From an uncultured Clostridium sp. (GTDB lineage Bacteria; Bacillota; Clostridia; TANB77; CAG-508), in contig CAOJRU010000001.1 in NCBI GenBank assembly GCA_948442365.1, positions 45,244-109,243 of the forward strand: a DNA stretch of 64,000 nucleotides, written 5' to 3'. Below, in pieces: positions 51,219-61,657 of the stretch (within the stretch, counting starts at the first letter, position 1; each line of letters opens with the position of its first letter). The notes below the pieces were generated by a model. It was not told the DNA's origin. It searched no databases and saw only the letters and a program-made list of their open reading frames with translations. A program made the position numbers and the translations under genes.

Positions 51219-54200
51219 TTAATATTTTATCAATGCAATATTGATGATGTCTTCTATTAGATGATCTAGTTCATCAATATCAATTGAAATGTTTTTATTG
51301 GTGGCATAGATAAATATGGTATCATCAATAGTTTGTGCAATTTGATTATGAATATCCGTATTATAGTGCCAATCTCTTTTTACTTTTGCTTCTATTTCTT
51401 TTTGAATCGTAAGGGCAATGCTTCCTATTTCTTCTATATTGGTATTTTCTTTCATTTTGGAAGCTAATTTATCATAGATTACACCATAAAAAGCTCTACT
51501 ATTTTCATTGGTTATATTAGATGGATACGAAATACCAGAGTTTCCTTTTATAAAGTCTTCTTTTATATTTTGCATTTTCTCTAAATATTCACGATCCGTA
51601 ATTCTTTTATTTCTATATGCTTCTAAGGTTTCTTCAATTCTTTCAGAGAACTTTTTGTAATAGGAAGGATCACTTTTTCCTTTTTTGGTAATTGTTCTTA
51701 TTAGTCCTGTTCGAATCATGTCAGCTTTTCCACTATGAGAAGTCATTTTTTCTAGCTCTTTGTCGAAATTTTCTGTATCAGTAATATCAATTGGTTCTGT
51801 TATTCTCATCATTTCTTTAGAGACAACATAGAGATCTAATAATTTTTGCATTTTTGCTTCATATTCTTTATGGTCTATTGTTTCAGAGTATCTTCTTTTT
51901 ACGGTTGCTCTTAAATGTTGATAAAATTCTAATGCTTTTCTTAATTCTGCTATTTTTTCTTTTCCAATTTTATAATAAGCTCTATCACTTGGAAGGATTA
52001 GACCTAATAAACTACAAAAGCTACACAATTTATCATAAAATTCTTTCCTAATTTCTTCATCTCCAAGATATACTTCGTATTCTTCAAAATCATCTTTATT
52101 TTTTATGGTTTTAAAAATATTTTTTATATCCTCATAGGTGTTAAGCAGATGTTCTATTTCTGTATCAATATAATATACAGATGATTTAACGTCACTTTCT
52201 TCAAATTCTTCAAGACCAGCAGTTTCATACATGGTTACTGCTTTGTCTAATTCCCCAAGTAATCCTCTATAATCAACAATATAACCATAATCTTTACCAT
52301 CACATAGTCGATTTACTCTAGCGATTGCTTGTAATAAATTATGTTCTTTTATATGCTTATCTAAATACAATGTGGAAGCTCTAGGAGCATCAAATCCTGT
52401 TAACAATTTGTCTACAACAATAAGAATATCAAGGTCACCATTTATGAATTTTGCTCTGGTAATTTCTTCGTATTCTTCATGATTTTTATAGTTTGAAATG
52501 GCTTCCAAATAGTATTTTTTTACCATGTCATTGGTATCGTTATTAATATCATCTTCACCCTCTCTCATATCGGGAGGAGAGATAACAAATGCTATTTCTA
52601 ATTCTGGAAAATCTTCTTTTAGAATTTTATAATATTTGATGGCTTCAATTTTTTTGTTACAAGCAAGCATGCTATTGAATCCAGTCCCTTTTAACGTATC
52701 TTTGTAATTTTTAGCAATGTCCCATGCAATTAGTTCAAGTCTTTGTTCTGATGAGGCAACTTTTTCAAATTTACTCCATTTACGCATTACCTCTCGTTTT
52801 TGTTGCTCTTTTAAATCTCTAGTTAGCATATCTAGTCTCATATCAATTGCCTCTCTTGAAACTTCTTGATCGACCATTTTTCCTTCATATAGAATGGGAA
52901 CGATGGCTTTATCTTTTAAGGCATCATCTAAAGAATATTTATGGATCAAACCACCAAATTTGTTGAAGATATTTCTATCCTTTTTCATGATAGGGGTTCC
53001 TGTAAAAGAGATGTAAACAGAACTTTTGAAAACCTCTTGCATTCTTCTATTAATTTCTCCATATTGTGTTCGGTGTCCTTCATCTACAAGAATATAAGTA
53101 TTTGGACTATTAATAACTAAGTTTTCTTTATTGGCTACTGTTTCAAATTTATTAACAACGGTTGTGATAACCCTGATTTTTTCGTCTTGTATTAAATGTA
53201 CTAAATTTTCTCCTGTACTTGCTCTTGCAGCTTCTAGTCCAATTTTATTAAAAGTTTTATGTATTTGTTTATCCAAATCAATTCGATCGGTAACAACTAC
53301 TATTTGGGGATTTTTTATATTTTTGTCTGCCATTATTTTTTTTGTAATAAAGACCATTGTTATAGATTTTCCTGAGCCTTGTGTATGCCAAACTACACCA
53401 CCTTTATTTTCGTTCCTTATGTTTCTCATGGTTGCTTTTACGGCAAAATATTGCTGATATCTAGCTATTTTTTTAGTGATCCCTTCAAAAATAATGAAAT
53501 CGCTTATTAATTCTAATAATCTATTGGGTTCGAATAGCGAAATAATGTCTCTATCTTGCTTGGTTACTTGTCTATCATGGATTGCTTTTTTTAAGATTTT
53601 TTCTTGCCATTCAGAATCTTCTTCATTCCATTTAGACCAAAATTTTTCTGGCGTGCCACAGGTGGCATATTTTGTCTCGTTTTTATTAGCTGCCATAACA
53701 ATTTGAATAAATTTAAATAGTTGTGGGATATAATCTGGTTTTTGATTTCTAATGTTTTGTGATATGGCTTGCAATATGGGTACAGATGCATCCTTACATT
53801 CTATGACAGCTATGGGAATACCATTAATAAAAAGGACAATATCAGGTCTGGCAAAGTTTTTACCATTCATTCTTAATACAGAAAATTCTTCTGTAACATA
53901 GAAGTCGTTGTTTTCTGGATGTTCAAAATCAATAAATTTTATGTTAAAGGAACGCTTGCTTCCATCTACCATGTTTTCTTGATAAGATTTACCTAAAGTT
54001 AGCATATCATAAATTTTTTCGTTTGTGCTTATTAAACCAGATACTAAATCTTCATTTAAATCTGTAATGGCTTGTCCGATATTTCCAGCAGAAAATTTGT
54101 ATTCTTTTCCTTGATATTCATAACTATTTAATTCTTTTAACTTTTTTTCTAAGATGTCTTTGAAAATAACATCACTTAAAATGTTATTTCTTAATGTTTT

Positions 54201-54305
54201 GTTTTCTTCTTCCGAAATGTATTTATATCCTAATTTTTTTAATACTTCTATGGCAGGTCTTTGACTTGTCGTTTCTTCATTTGCTATTGGTATTTTTTTC
54301 TCCAT
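51219..54305 (-). CDS. hsdR: type I restriction endonuclease subunit R
   Basis: Nuclease motif RPDIVLFINGIPIAVIECK, helicase motifs HTQGSGKS and VDEGHRTQ. 1028 aa. Confidence 0.92.
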   Translation of the reverse strand: MEKKIPIANEETTSQRPAIEVLKKLGYKYISEEENKTLRNNILSDVIFKDILEKKLKELNSYEYQGKEYKFSAGNIGQAITDLNEDLVSGLISTNEKIYDMLTLGKSYQENMVDGSKRSFNIKFIDFEHPENNDFYVTEEFSVLRMNGKNFARPDIVLFINGIPIAVIECKDASVPILQAISQNIRNQKPDYIPQLFKFIQIVMAANKNETKYATCGTPEKFWSKWNEEDSEWQEKILKKAIHDRQVTKQDRDIISLFEPNRLLELISDFIIFEGITKKIARYQQYFAVKATMRNIRNENKGGVVWHTQGSGKSITMVFITKKIMADKNIKNPQIVVVTDRIDLDKQIHKTFNKIGLEAARASTGENLVHLIQDEKIRVITTVVNKFETVANKENLVINSPNTYILVDEGHRTQYGEINRRMQEVFKSSVYISFTGTPIMKKDRNIFNKFGGLIHKYSLDDALKDKAIVPILYEGKMVDQEVSREAIDMRLDMLTRDLKEQQKREVMRKWSKFEKVASSEQRLELIAWDIAKNYKDTLKGTGFNSMLACNKKIEAIKYYKILKEDFPELEIAFVISPPDMREGEDDINNDTNDMVKKYYLEAISNYKNHEEYEEITRAKFINGDLDILIVVDKLLTGFDAPRASTLYLDKHIKEHNLLQAIARVNRLCDGKDYGYIVDYRGLLGELDKAVTMYETAGLEEFEESDVKSSVYYIDTEIEHLLNTYEDIKNIFKTIKNKDDFEEYEVYLGDEEIRKEFYDKLCSFCSLLGLILPSDRAYYKIGKEKIAELRKALEFYQHLRATVKRRYSETIDHKEYEAKMQKLLDLYVVSKEMMRITEPIDITDTENFDKELEKMTSHSGKADMIRTGLIRTITKKGKSDPSYYKKFSERIEETLEAYRNKRITDREYLEKMQNIKEDFIKGNSGISYPSNITNENSRAFYGVIYDKLASKMKENTNIEEIGSIALTIQKEIEAKVKRDWHYNTDIHNQIAQTIDDTIFIYATNKNISIDIDELDHLIEDIINIALIKY

Positions 54306-54352
54306 TTATTTACCTCCATAATTTAATTTTTTATAGCTACGAAAGTTTTATT

Positions 54353-55444
54353 TTACTTTTCTGTTAATAGCTGCTGCATTAATGCTTTTTTTAATCTTTT
54401 GTAATTTTCAACTTGTTTTTCTAGCAAAGATTTTTGTTCTTCAATTTGTTTATTTATTTTTACAAATTTTTGGATCAACTCATAATCTGGTATAGGGATA
54501 ACCATTGAATTCAATTTTGCTTGATTTAATTTTGGTTGTGCTGTACCAGTTAAATATTTATTTATATTTATCATTGAAAAATAAAATTCAACATACTTTT
54601 GAATGATAAAATCTTCAAATCTTAACACATGGGCATGATTATTAACCCAATTTTTCCCTTCAATTGAAAAAGCTATAGGAGTTACTCTTGAAGTTAAATT
54701 CGCCCCATCCTCTGATATTAATAAAAGATTTTCATCAAAAATATAACTATCTACATAATCAACTATTCCTGAAGCACCATAATATGGATATATTCCATGT
54801 GCTCGTACTGATGCACTAATCGGTTTTCTCCTATTATCCATATTTTGGCACAAATTAAAGAAATTTTTTTCTTCCCACTTTTTTTCATTTATTTGAATAT
54901 CTCCAAACATCTCAACAAATTGTGATTTAATAAATTGATTTTTTTCTTTTAGTAATTTATCATATTTATCAATAATACTATCGACCTTTTTTAGTATTTC
55001 AACAATTTTTGTTTGTTGATCTAGTGGCGGAATATATATTTCATATTTCAGTAATCCTTCTTTATCTACACTTTTTCCTTGTCTTGCACTTATAACCATG
55101 AAAAGATCACTTAATTTTGGATTTAAAAATTGTAAGTAATATTCTAAAAATTGCGAATTGCAATTTTTTATTTTATATGTGGTATAGGCTGGTGATACAC
55201 AAAACTTTTTATCTTCTGTCAAAATTCCTATGTCTATTTGATTGCTTCCCATTCCAATAGTAAGTGTATTTTTCATAATTATTTTGTTTTTTGAGATGTC
55301 TTTGCTTAGTTCTTTAGAATAAATATCTTCTCTTTTTCTTATTCCATATTTGCCAACAGCAACAACTTTATATTCTTGATTTACATTTCTTTCACAATAT
55401 TCTTCTAGTAAATCTCCTAATTTTACTTTTTTCCATTTTTCCAT
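54353..55444 (-). CDS. hsdS: type I restriction-modification specificity subunit S (two target-recognition domains)
   Basis: Central and C-terminal conserved helices (IYIPPLDQQTKIVEIL, VIPIPDYELIQKFV...LKKALMQQLL). Confidence 0.85.
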   Translation of the reverse strand: MEKWKKVKLGDLLEEYCERNVNQEYKVVAVGKYGIRKREDIYSKELSKDISKNKIIMKNTLTIGMGSNQIDIGILTEDKKFCVSPAYTTYKIKNCNSQFLEYYLQFLNPKLSDLFMVISARQGKSVDKEGLLKYEIYIPPLDQQTKIVEILKKVDSIIDKYDKLLKEKNQFIKSQFVEMFGDIQINEKKWEEKNFFNLCQNMDNRRKPISASVRAHGIYPYYGASGIVDYVDSYIFDENLLLISEDGANLTSRVTPIAFSIEGKNWVNNHAHVLRFEDFIIQKYVEFYFSMININKYLTGTAQPKLNQAKLNSMVIPIPDYELIQKFVKINKQIEEQKSLLEKQVENYKRLKKALMQQLLTEK

Positions 55445-55490
55445 TTTAATTTTCCTTATTTTTATTATTTATAACCAGTGTAACTACTTT

Positions 55491-57041
55491 TTATAGGCCT
55501 AATTCCTTCAATGATTTTTCTAACTCTTTTTCTAAAACTTGTAATTCTTTGTTTATCTTTACAATATTTTTCTTAGTTTCTTCTATGTCAATTTCTTCCT
55601 CTTCTTCAAAAGTATCAACATATCTTTTTATGTTTAGGTTGTATTCATTTTCCTTAATTTCATCCATTGTAGCAATATGAGAATATTTTTGAATTTCTTC
55701 ATAATTCCTATAAGTATCTAATATTTTATTAATATTAGCATCTGTCAAATTATTTTGATTCTTTCCTTTTTCGTATTCTCGACTAGCTTCTATAAACAAT
55801 ATATCTTTTCTTTTCCTATTTTTCTTAAATACAACGATAGTTGCTGGGATACTTACTCCATAAAATAAATTTTCAGGTAAGCCAATAATCGCATCAATTA
55901 GATTATTTTCCAGTATTCTTTGTCGAATCATTCCTTCCGATGCTCCTCTAAATAAAGTACCATGTGGCAAAACCACAGCCATTCTTCCATTTTGTTCTAA
56001 ACTTTTTAACATATGTTGAATAAAAGCATAATCACCAATACTCTTTGGAGGTACTCCATATTCAAATCTATTATAAGGATCTAAACTAGCTTCCATTTTA
56101 AAAGTACTTTTTTTCTTTCCATCTTGTAAAATTGTAGTATTTTGAGGTTCAAAACCTTTTGCCCATTTATCCAATGAGAAGGGAGGATTGGAAACAATTA
56201 CATCAAATTTCATTAAGTCATCTGTTTCTAAATGCAATGGATTGGAAAGCGTATCTCCCCATTTTATATGAGCATCATTAATGTCATGTAAAAACATATT
56301 CATTCTACATAAATTGTAAGTTGAACTATTACTTTCTTGCCCATATACACTAACTTTTTTGTCTTTTACTTCTTTTGAGGCTTTTAGTAATAAAGAACCT
56401 GAACCACAGGCAGGATCATAAATTCTATCATTTTCTTTTGGCTCCACTAATTTAGCAAGTAAAGTAGAAACTTCTGCTGGCGTATAAAATTCTCCTCCTT
56501 TTTTTCCAGAATCTCCAGCAAATCTTGCAATCAAATATTCATAAGCATTTCCAATAACATCTAAATTTCCTATTTTAGAGGGTCTTAAGTCTATATCTTT
56601 ATTGTGAAAATCTTGTAATAGATTTCTTAAAATAGCATTTTTTTCTTTCATTTGCCCAAATACGATTTCACTATTAAAATCAGCTCCAGCAAATAAATTT
56701 AAAAGCTTTACACCATTTAAGCTAGTAATCTTTTCTAATGCTTTATTTATAATGTTTCCTATATCATTATCATTTCTATTTTCATATAAATAATCAAAGG
56801 TACAATCATCACTTAATCTAAATTTTCCTCTTGAAAGATATCTTTCTATCATAACAGGATCATTTTCATATTTTTTGGAAGCAATTTCTTTTTCTTCTTT
56901 ATACATATCACTTAAATATTTAACAAATAACATCACTAAGGCATAATCCTTATAATTTGATCCTGGTATACTACTTCTTAAAGTATCACAAGCACTCCAG
57001 ATGGTTCCATTTATTTTTTCTTGTAATTGTTTTTCATTCAT
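55491..57041 (-). CDS. hsdM: type I restriction-modification DNA methyltransferase subunit M (N6-adenine)
   Basis: FYTPAEV, AdoMet motif YDPACGSGSLL and catalytic NPPFS. ATG at 57041 is preferred; the track start is 57068. Confidence 0.92.
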   Translation of the reverse strand: MNEKQLQEKINGTIWSACDTLRSSIPGSNYKDYALVMLFVKYLSDMYKEEKEIASKKYENDPVMIERYLSRGKFRLSDDCTFDYLYENRNDNDIGNIINKALEKITSLNGVKLLNLFAGADFNSEIVFGQMKEKNAILRNLLQDFHNKDIDLRPSKIGNLDVIGNAYEYLIARFAGDSGKKGGEFYTPAEVSTLLAKLVEPKENDRIYDPACGSGSLLLKASKEVKDKKVSVYGQESNSSTYNLCRMNMFLHDINDAHIKWGDTLSNPLHLETDDLMKFDVIVSNPPFSLDKWAKGFEPQNTTILQDGKKKSTFKMEASLDPYNRFEYGVPPKSIGDYAFIQHMLKSLEQNGRMAVVLPHGTLFRGASEGMIRQRILENNLIDAIIGLPENLFYGVSIPATIVVFKKNRKRKDILFIEASREYEKGKNQNNLTDANINKILDTYRNYEEIQKYSHIATMDEIKENEYNLNIKRYVDTFEEEEEIDIEETKKNIVKINKELQVLEKELEKSLKELGL

Positions 57042-57187
57042 TTTTACGATTCCTTTCTTTAGGCACAAATTTGGTTGGAAAAGAATTGGATATTTAGCTA
57101 GGCAAATGGGATTTTAATTTATGAGACGTACAGGGTAAGTTCACTAAATTAAAACAAAATTTAACGACACTAAATGCCAATTATTTC

Positions 57188-57760
57188 TTAACCTTCTCCT
57201 TTTATTATTTTATTTATTATTATGTTATAATAATTTTCTTTTTCCTTAATGAGTTGCTTATATAAGTATTTTTGCTTGTTCCAATTATTGATTATATAAG
57301 ATAACTGTTGTTGCTGTTCGGGATCGATATTTGGTATGGGCAATTTTCTCAATTTAACAACAGGAATGGTTTTTACAGAGGTACCAATTAGGTATTTTTC
57401 TAATTGATGTTTTGTCGTATTACTTTCTAAAATCCATTTTATAAAATCAATAGGGTAAGTCATATTTTTAAATTTATGTATTCGTATAATGCAATATTGA
57501 TTATTGATTAGTAACCCTGCTATTTCGTCATCTACCTCAATAATTTTTAGCGGAAAGGCTAATCTAAATAATAAATCTCCCTTTTTAGCAGTATAATTAT
57601 CCAAATTTTCTTCGCTATAAAAATTTTCATAATCGATTTTTTCTTCATAACTCTTTAAATTAAATATTTTATAGCTAAAAGTTTTTTTACTTTGATAGAC
57701 TGCTTTTTTTCTTTTTAATACAATACCAATATTAATTTGAGTTAGATCTTCTAAAGTCAT
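57188..57760 (-). CDS. orphan half-size HsdS-like protein (single target-recognition domain)
   Basis: 190 aa. The C-terminus VVKLRKLPIPNIDPEQQQQLSYII... resembles the conserved HsdS helix. Strong SD aaggagg. Confidence 0.5.
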   Translation of the reverse strand: MTLEDLTQINIGIVLKRKKAVYQSKKTFSYKIFNLKSYEEKIDYENFYSEENLDNYTAKKGDLLFRLAFPLKIIEVDDEIAGLLINNQYCIIRIHKFKNMTYPIDFIKWILESNTTKHQLEKYLIGTSVKTIPVVKLRKLPIPNIDPEQQQQLSYIINNWNKQKYLYKQLIKEKENYYNIIINKIIKGEG

Positions 57761-58057
57761 CTAGGCCTCCTTTGTATATGTTATCAGTGTTTTGTATTAT
57801 AAATAAGTTTATAACAAACCAATCAGTTTTTTTGTTCTGAACAAAATTTAACACAGATAAAATAAAAAGTCAAGGATTTTAGAATAAAAAAATGTTATGA
57901 ACGTTTTTTAACGAGTCATATATTATTTTTTAGCGGAAATTTATATTTTTTACTATTAGGTACCAAATCAAATTGTATATTAAAACACAATTACAATACA
58001 TAAATTATGTTATAATATTCTTAATTAGCAAACAGAAAACAAAAATTCGTAAAACTA

Positions 58058-58086
58058 TTGACATTTTTTTGAAAGATTTATATAAT
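58058..58086 (+). promoter_or_regulatory. consensus sigma-A promoter
   Basis: TTGACA, 17 nt, TATAAT, about 27 nt upstream of ATG 58113. Confidence 0.55.
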
Positions 58087-58112
58087 GGAAAAAATAAAAA
58101 AAGGAGAAAAAG

Positions 58113-58667
58113 ATGAAAGAACAATTTATACAACTATTAAAAACTGTAAAAAGAGAAGGAATCGAAGAACTAATCCATTTTTTAGAAAAATCAGACTTTT
58201 TTATTGCACCAGCAAGTACCAGATTTCATGGAGATCATGAAGGAGGGTTAGTAGAGCATAGTTTAAAAGTATACGAAATATTAAAACACAAAGCGCAAAA
58301 CTGTATCATGCCAATTGACATACCAGAAGAATCCATTATTATCATTAGCTTATTGCATGACATTTGTAAGACTAACTTTTATAAAGTAGACTATAGAAAT
58401 GCTAAGAATGCATTAGGAGTATGGGAAAAAGTTCCTTACTATACAGTAGATGACACCATACCATATGGACATGGAGAAAAATCAGTCATGATGATAACAG
58501 AGTATATAAAATTAACACCAGAAGAAAAATACTCGATTCGTTGGCATATGGGATATACCGAGCCAAAAGAAAATTATAATGCCATTGGAAGTAGTTATAC
58601 CAAATATCCAATTGCATTATTAACACACGAAGCAGACTTAGAAGCTACATATCTTTATGATACATAG
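58113..58667 (+). CDS. HD-domain hydrolase
   Basis: RFHGDHEGGLVEHSL and LLHDICK motifs. Confidence 0.7.
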   Translation: MKEQFIQLLKTVKREGIEELIHFLEKSDFFIAPASTRFHGDHEGGLVEHSLKVYEILKHKAQNCIMPIDIPEESIIIISLLHDICKTNFYKVDYRNAKNALGVWEKVPYYTVDDTIPYGHGEKSVMMITEYIKLTPEEKYSIRWHMGYTEPKENYNAIGSSYTKYPIALLTHEADLEATYLYDT

Positions 58668-58690
58668 AATTTGAAAGGAAAAGGAATAAA

Positions 58691-59338
58691 ATGTTAGCAT
58701 ATATAAAAGGGACCTTAGAAATGAAAATGACAGGCTATATCGTAATTGATATAGGAGGGCTAGGATATAAAGTATTCATGTCAGAAGTAGGAATTGAAAA
58801 AATAGGAAACATAGGAGAAACCGTAAAAGTACATACCTATTATAAAGTAAGAGAAGATGATGTCAGTATTTATGGATTCAATACCTTAGAAGAATTAAAA
58901 ATGTTCGAACTATTAATCAGCGTAAGTGGAGTAGGAGCTAAAACGGCGCTAACCATGCTAGCTGTATGCGAACCATCTGAATTTGCTTTAGCAGTTATTT
59001 CAGAAGATGTAAAGGCACTAACTGCCATACCAGGAATTGGAGCAAAATCCGCACAAAGAATAATTTTAGAATTAAAAGATAAAATAGCAAAAGAACAAGA
59101 AATTGAGAAAATAAATGCACAAGTAAATAGTAAATCAAAAACAAAAGAACAGGTAGAAACAGAAGATAAGTTAAAAGTTGTGATAGAAAATAATAATAAA
59201 GTAGCAGAAGCAATAGCAGCATTGCAAGTATTAGGGTACAACAAAAAAGAAATAGAAAAAGCACTTACGAAATTAGATAAAAATGAGTTATCAACAGAAG
59301 AAATAATCAAAAAAGGATTAAATCTTTTGGGAAAATAA
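58691..59338 (+). CDS. ruvA: Holliday junction branch migration complex subunit RuvA
   Basis: MLAYIKGTL...GLGYKVFMS and HhH motifs VSGVGAKTAL and IPGIGAKSAQRI. Confidence 0.9.
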   Translation: MLAYIKGTLEMKMTGYIVIDIGGLGYKVFMSEVGIEKIGNIGETVKVHTYYKVREDDVSIYGFNTLEELKMFELLISVSGVGAKTALTMLAVCEPSEFALAVISEDVKALTAIPGIGAKSAQRIILELKDKIAKEQEIEKINAQVNSKSKTKEQVETEDKLKVVIENNNKVAEAIAALQVLGYNKKEIEKALTKLDKNELSTEEIIKKGLNLLGK

Positions 59339-59564
59339 TAGTAAGGAAAAAATAAATAAAGGAAGAAGAAACAGAAATACAGAAACGAAGTAGATATTTA
59401 TTTATAATACTGATGATAATATTAATTATATTCGAAATTGTAATGACAATTTTTACAGAAAAAGATAGTGAAATAGTAAAGTATATAGTCATAGCAATCT
59501 TTATTTTAATTGAAGTATCAGTAATAAACATAAACCTTAAAAAAAGAAAAAAGAGGAAATAAAA

Positions 59565-60794
59565 ATGAATCAAAATGAGCCATTAGCCTTTAGAATGAGG
59601 CCCAAAACACTGGAAGAATATGTAGGGCAAGAACATGTAATTGGGAAAGATAAAATTTTATATAGAACGATAAAAGCAGACAGATTATCCAGTATCATTT
59701 TATTTGGACCTCCTGGATGCGGAAAAACATCATTAGCAAGAGTTATTAGTGAAACGACCAAGTACAAATTCTATAAAATAAATGCCGTAACATCAGGCGT
59801 GGCAGACATAAAAAAAGTAGTAGAAGAAACCAAAAACTTCATGTTAAACCCTATTGGAAAAAGTATTTTATTTATTGATGAAATTCATAGATTTAACAAA
59901 TTACAACAAGATGCTTTATTGCCTTTTGTAGAAAATGGAACTGTCATTTTAATTGGAGCAACAACAGAAAACCCGTATTTTGAAGTCAACAAAGCGTTGA
60001 TTTCTAGGTCAATGGTAGTAAAACTAAATCCATTAACAGAAAACGATATTTATAACGTATTAAAAAATGCACTAGAAAGAAAAGATGGATTAGGAGAATA
60101 CAACATTAAAATAGAAGATGAAACCTTACAAAAAATAGCAGCTATTAGTAATGGAGATGTAAGAACAGCCTTAAATGGGTTAGAAGTAGCAACATTAACA
60201 ACACCAATCGAAGAAGATGGTTATATTCATTTAACAGATGAAGTAATTAAAAATAGTATTCAAAACAGAAAAGCCATTTTTGATAAAAATGGAGAAGAAC
60301 ACTATGATAATATCAGTGCTTTCATTAAATCTATGCGAGGTTCAGATCCAGATGCGACCATTTTTTATTTAGCGAGAGCCTTAAATGGAGGAGAAGACCC
60401 CTTATTCCTAGCAAGAAGAATTGTAATATGTGCTTCAGAAGATGTAGGGATGGCAAACCCAAATGCTTTAGTAGTAGCCAATAGTGCTATGCAAGCAATT
60501 CATATGATAGGTATGCCAGAAGCAAGAATTTTATTATCAGAAGCAGCTGTATATGTAGCAACATCTAAAAAATCAAATGCAACTTATCTAGGTATTAACC
60601 AAGCATTAGAAGATGTACAGACCAAAGATACGGGAGAAATTCCAATGCACATACGAAATGCACCAATTGAGAAAATGAAAGAATTAGGCTATAGTAAAGG
60701 ATATTTATACCCACACGATTTTCCAGGACATTATGTAGAACAACAATACTTACCAGATAAAATGTTAGGAACTAAATACTATACAATTGAATAA
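59565..60794 (+). CDS. rarA: replication-associated recombination protein A (AAA+ ATPase)
   Basis: LAFRMRPKTLEEYVGQEH, Walker A GPPGCGKTS, FIDEIHRFNK, and C-terminal MgsA-type YLYPHD. Confidence 0.9.
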   Translation: MNQNEPLAFRMRPKTLEEYVGQEHVIGKDKILYRTIKADRLSSIILFGPPGCGKTSLARVISETTKYKFYKINAVTSGVADIKKVVEETKNFMLNPIGKSILFIDEIHRFNKLQQDALLPFVENGTVILIGATTENPYFEVNKALISRSMVVKLNPLTENDIYNVLKNALERKDGLGEYNIKIEDETLQKIAAISNGDVRTALNGLEVATLTTPIEEDGYIHLTDEVIKNSIQNRKAIFDKNGEEHYDNISAFIKSMRGSDPDATIFYLARALNGGEDPLFLARRIVICASEDVGMANPNALVVANSAMQAIHMIGMPEARILLSEAAVYVATSKKSNATYLGINQALEDVQTKDTGEIPMHIRNAPIEKMKELGYSKGYLYPHDFPGHYVEQQYLPDKMLGTKYYTIE

Positions 60795-60809
60795 AAAAAC
60801 AAGAATTGG

Positions 60810-60838
60810 AAAACCTACTAAAAAGTAGGTTTTTATAT
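60810..60838 (+). terminator. rho-independent terminator
   Basis: Stem aaaacctact with agtaggtttt, followed by T's. Confidence 0.85.
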
Positions 60839-60864
60839 TCTAGTTTTTTAGTGAGGCTTTATTT

Positions 60865-61212
60865 ATGGTAAAAAAAATAATAATTGGATTATTAGCTGGA
60901 GTCGTCAGTGGTCTATTTTCAACAGGAGGAGGCATGATATTAGTACCAGCATTTATTCATCTATTAAATATAGATGACACAAAAGCAAGAGGTACTTCTG
61001 TTTTTTGTATTTTGCCTATGGTAATAACCAGTAGTTTTTTCTATTATCAAGGAAATTTTATCAATTGGAAAATTGCATTTTTGTGTGCCATAGGAGGAGC
61101 CATAGGAGGATATATAGGAGCAAAACTGTTGAAAAAATTACCAGAAGGAGTAATGAAAATCGCATTCACCATATTCTTAACCTATGTATCTTATAAAATG
61201 ATTTTTAATTAA
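60865..61212 (+). CDS. TSUP (TauE/SafE) family half-transporter, N-terminal-type repeat
   Basis: 115 aa. GLFSTGGGMILVPAF motif. About 4 TM segments. Confidence 0.7.
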   Translation: MVKKIIIGLLAGVVSGLFSTGGGMILVPAFIHLLNIDDTKARGTSVFCILPMVITSSFFYYQGNFINWKIAFLCAIGGAIGGYIGAKLLKKLPEGVMKIAFTIFLTYVSYKMIFN

Positions 61213-61248
61213 TAGGAAATAAAACATTTTTTAGTCTTAGGAGGAAAC

Positions 61249-61641
61249 ATGACAGAAGTCTTAATTGGAATTGTATCAGGAATTGTAAGTGGAACAGGAA
61301 TGGGAGGAGGAACCATACTAATTTTCCTTCTATCATTTATGCTAGGAGTTGAACAACATGTAGCACAGGCAACCAATTTGATTTTCTTTATTCCAACTGC
61401 CATCATGGCTATAATTGTTAATTTAAAAAATAAAAATATTGATATGAAATTAGCTATTTTGATATCCGTGTTTGGTATCTTTGGTGCCATAATAGGAGCC
61501 AATATATCCATTCATATTGATGTCAAAATTTTGAAAAAATGTTTTGGTATTTTTTTAGCTATTGTAACGTTAAATGAAATATATTCCATTTTTAAATTAT
61601 ATCTAAAAAAGTATAAAAATAACAAAAAAGAGAGACAATAA
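61249..61641 (+). CDS. TSUP (TauE/SafE) family half-transporter, second repeat
   Basis: 130 aa. SGTGMGGGTILIFLL motif. Has its own SD (aggagg), and there are stop codons between the two halves. Confidence 0.7.
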   Translation: MTEVLIGIVSGIVSGTGMGGGTILIFLLSFMLGVEQHVAQATNLIFFIPTAIMAIIVNLKNKNIDMKLAILISVFGIFGAIIGANISIHIDVKILKKCFGIFLAIVTLNEIYSIFKLYLKKYKNNKKERQ

Positions 61642-61657
61642 AAATGAGGTGAATAAA

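Noticed and set aside
54353-57760. Phase-variable hsdS shuffling locus.
   Set aside because: The two hsdS-like genes are in the same orientation. I saw no inverted repeats shared between them, and no recombinase gene is in the island.
59413-59562. 49-aa hydrophobic ORF (MIILIIFEIVMTIF...KKRKKRK) in the ruvA-rarA spacer.
   Set aside because: No SD upstream and an AT-rich sequence, so a chance ORF is likely. It is kept only as a note.
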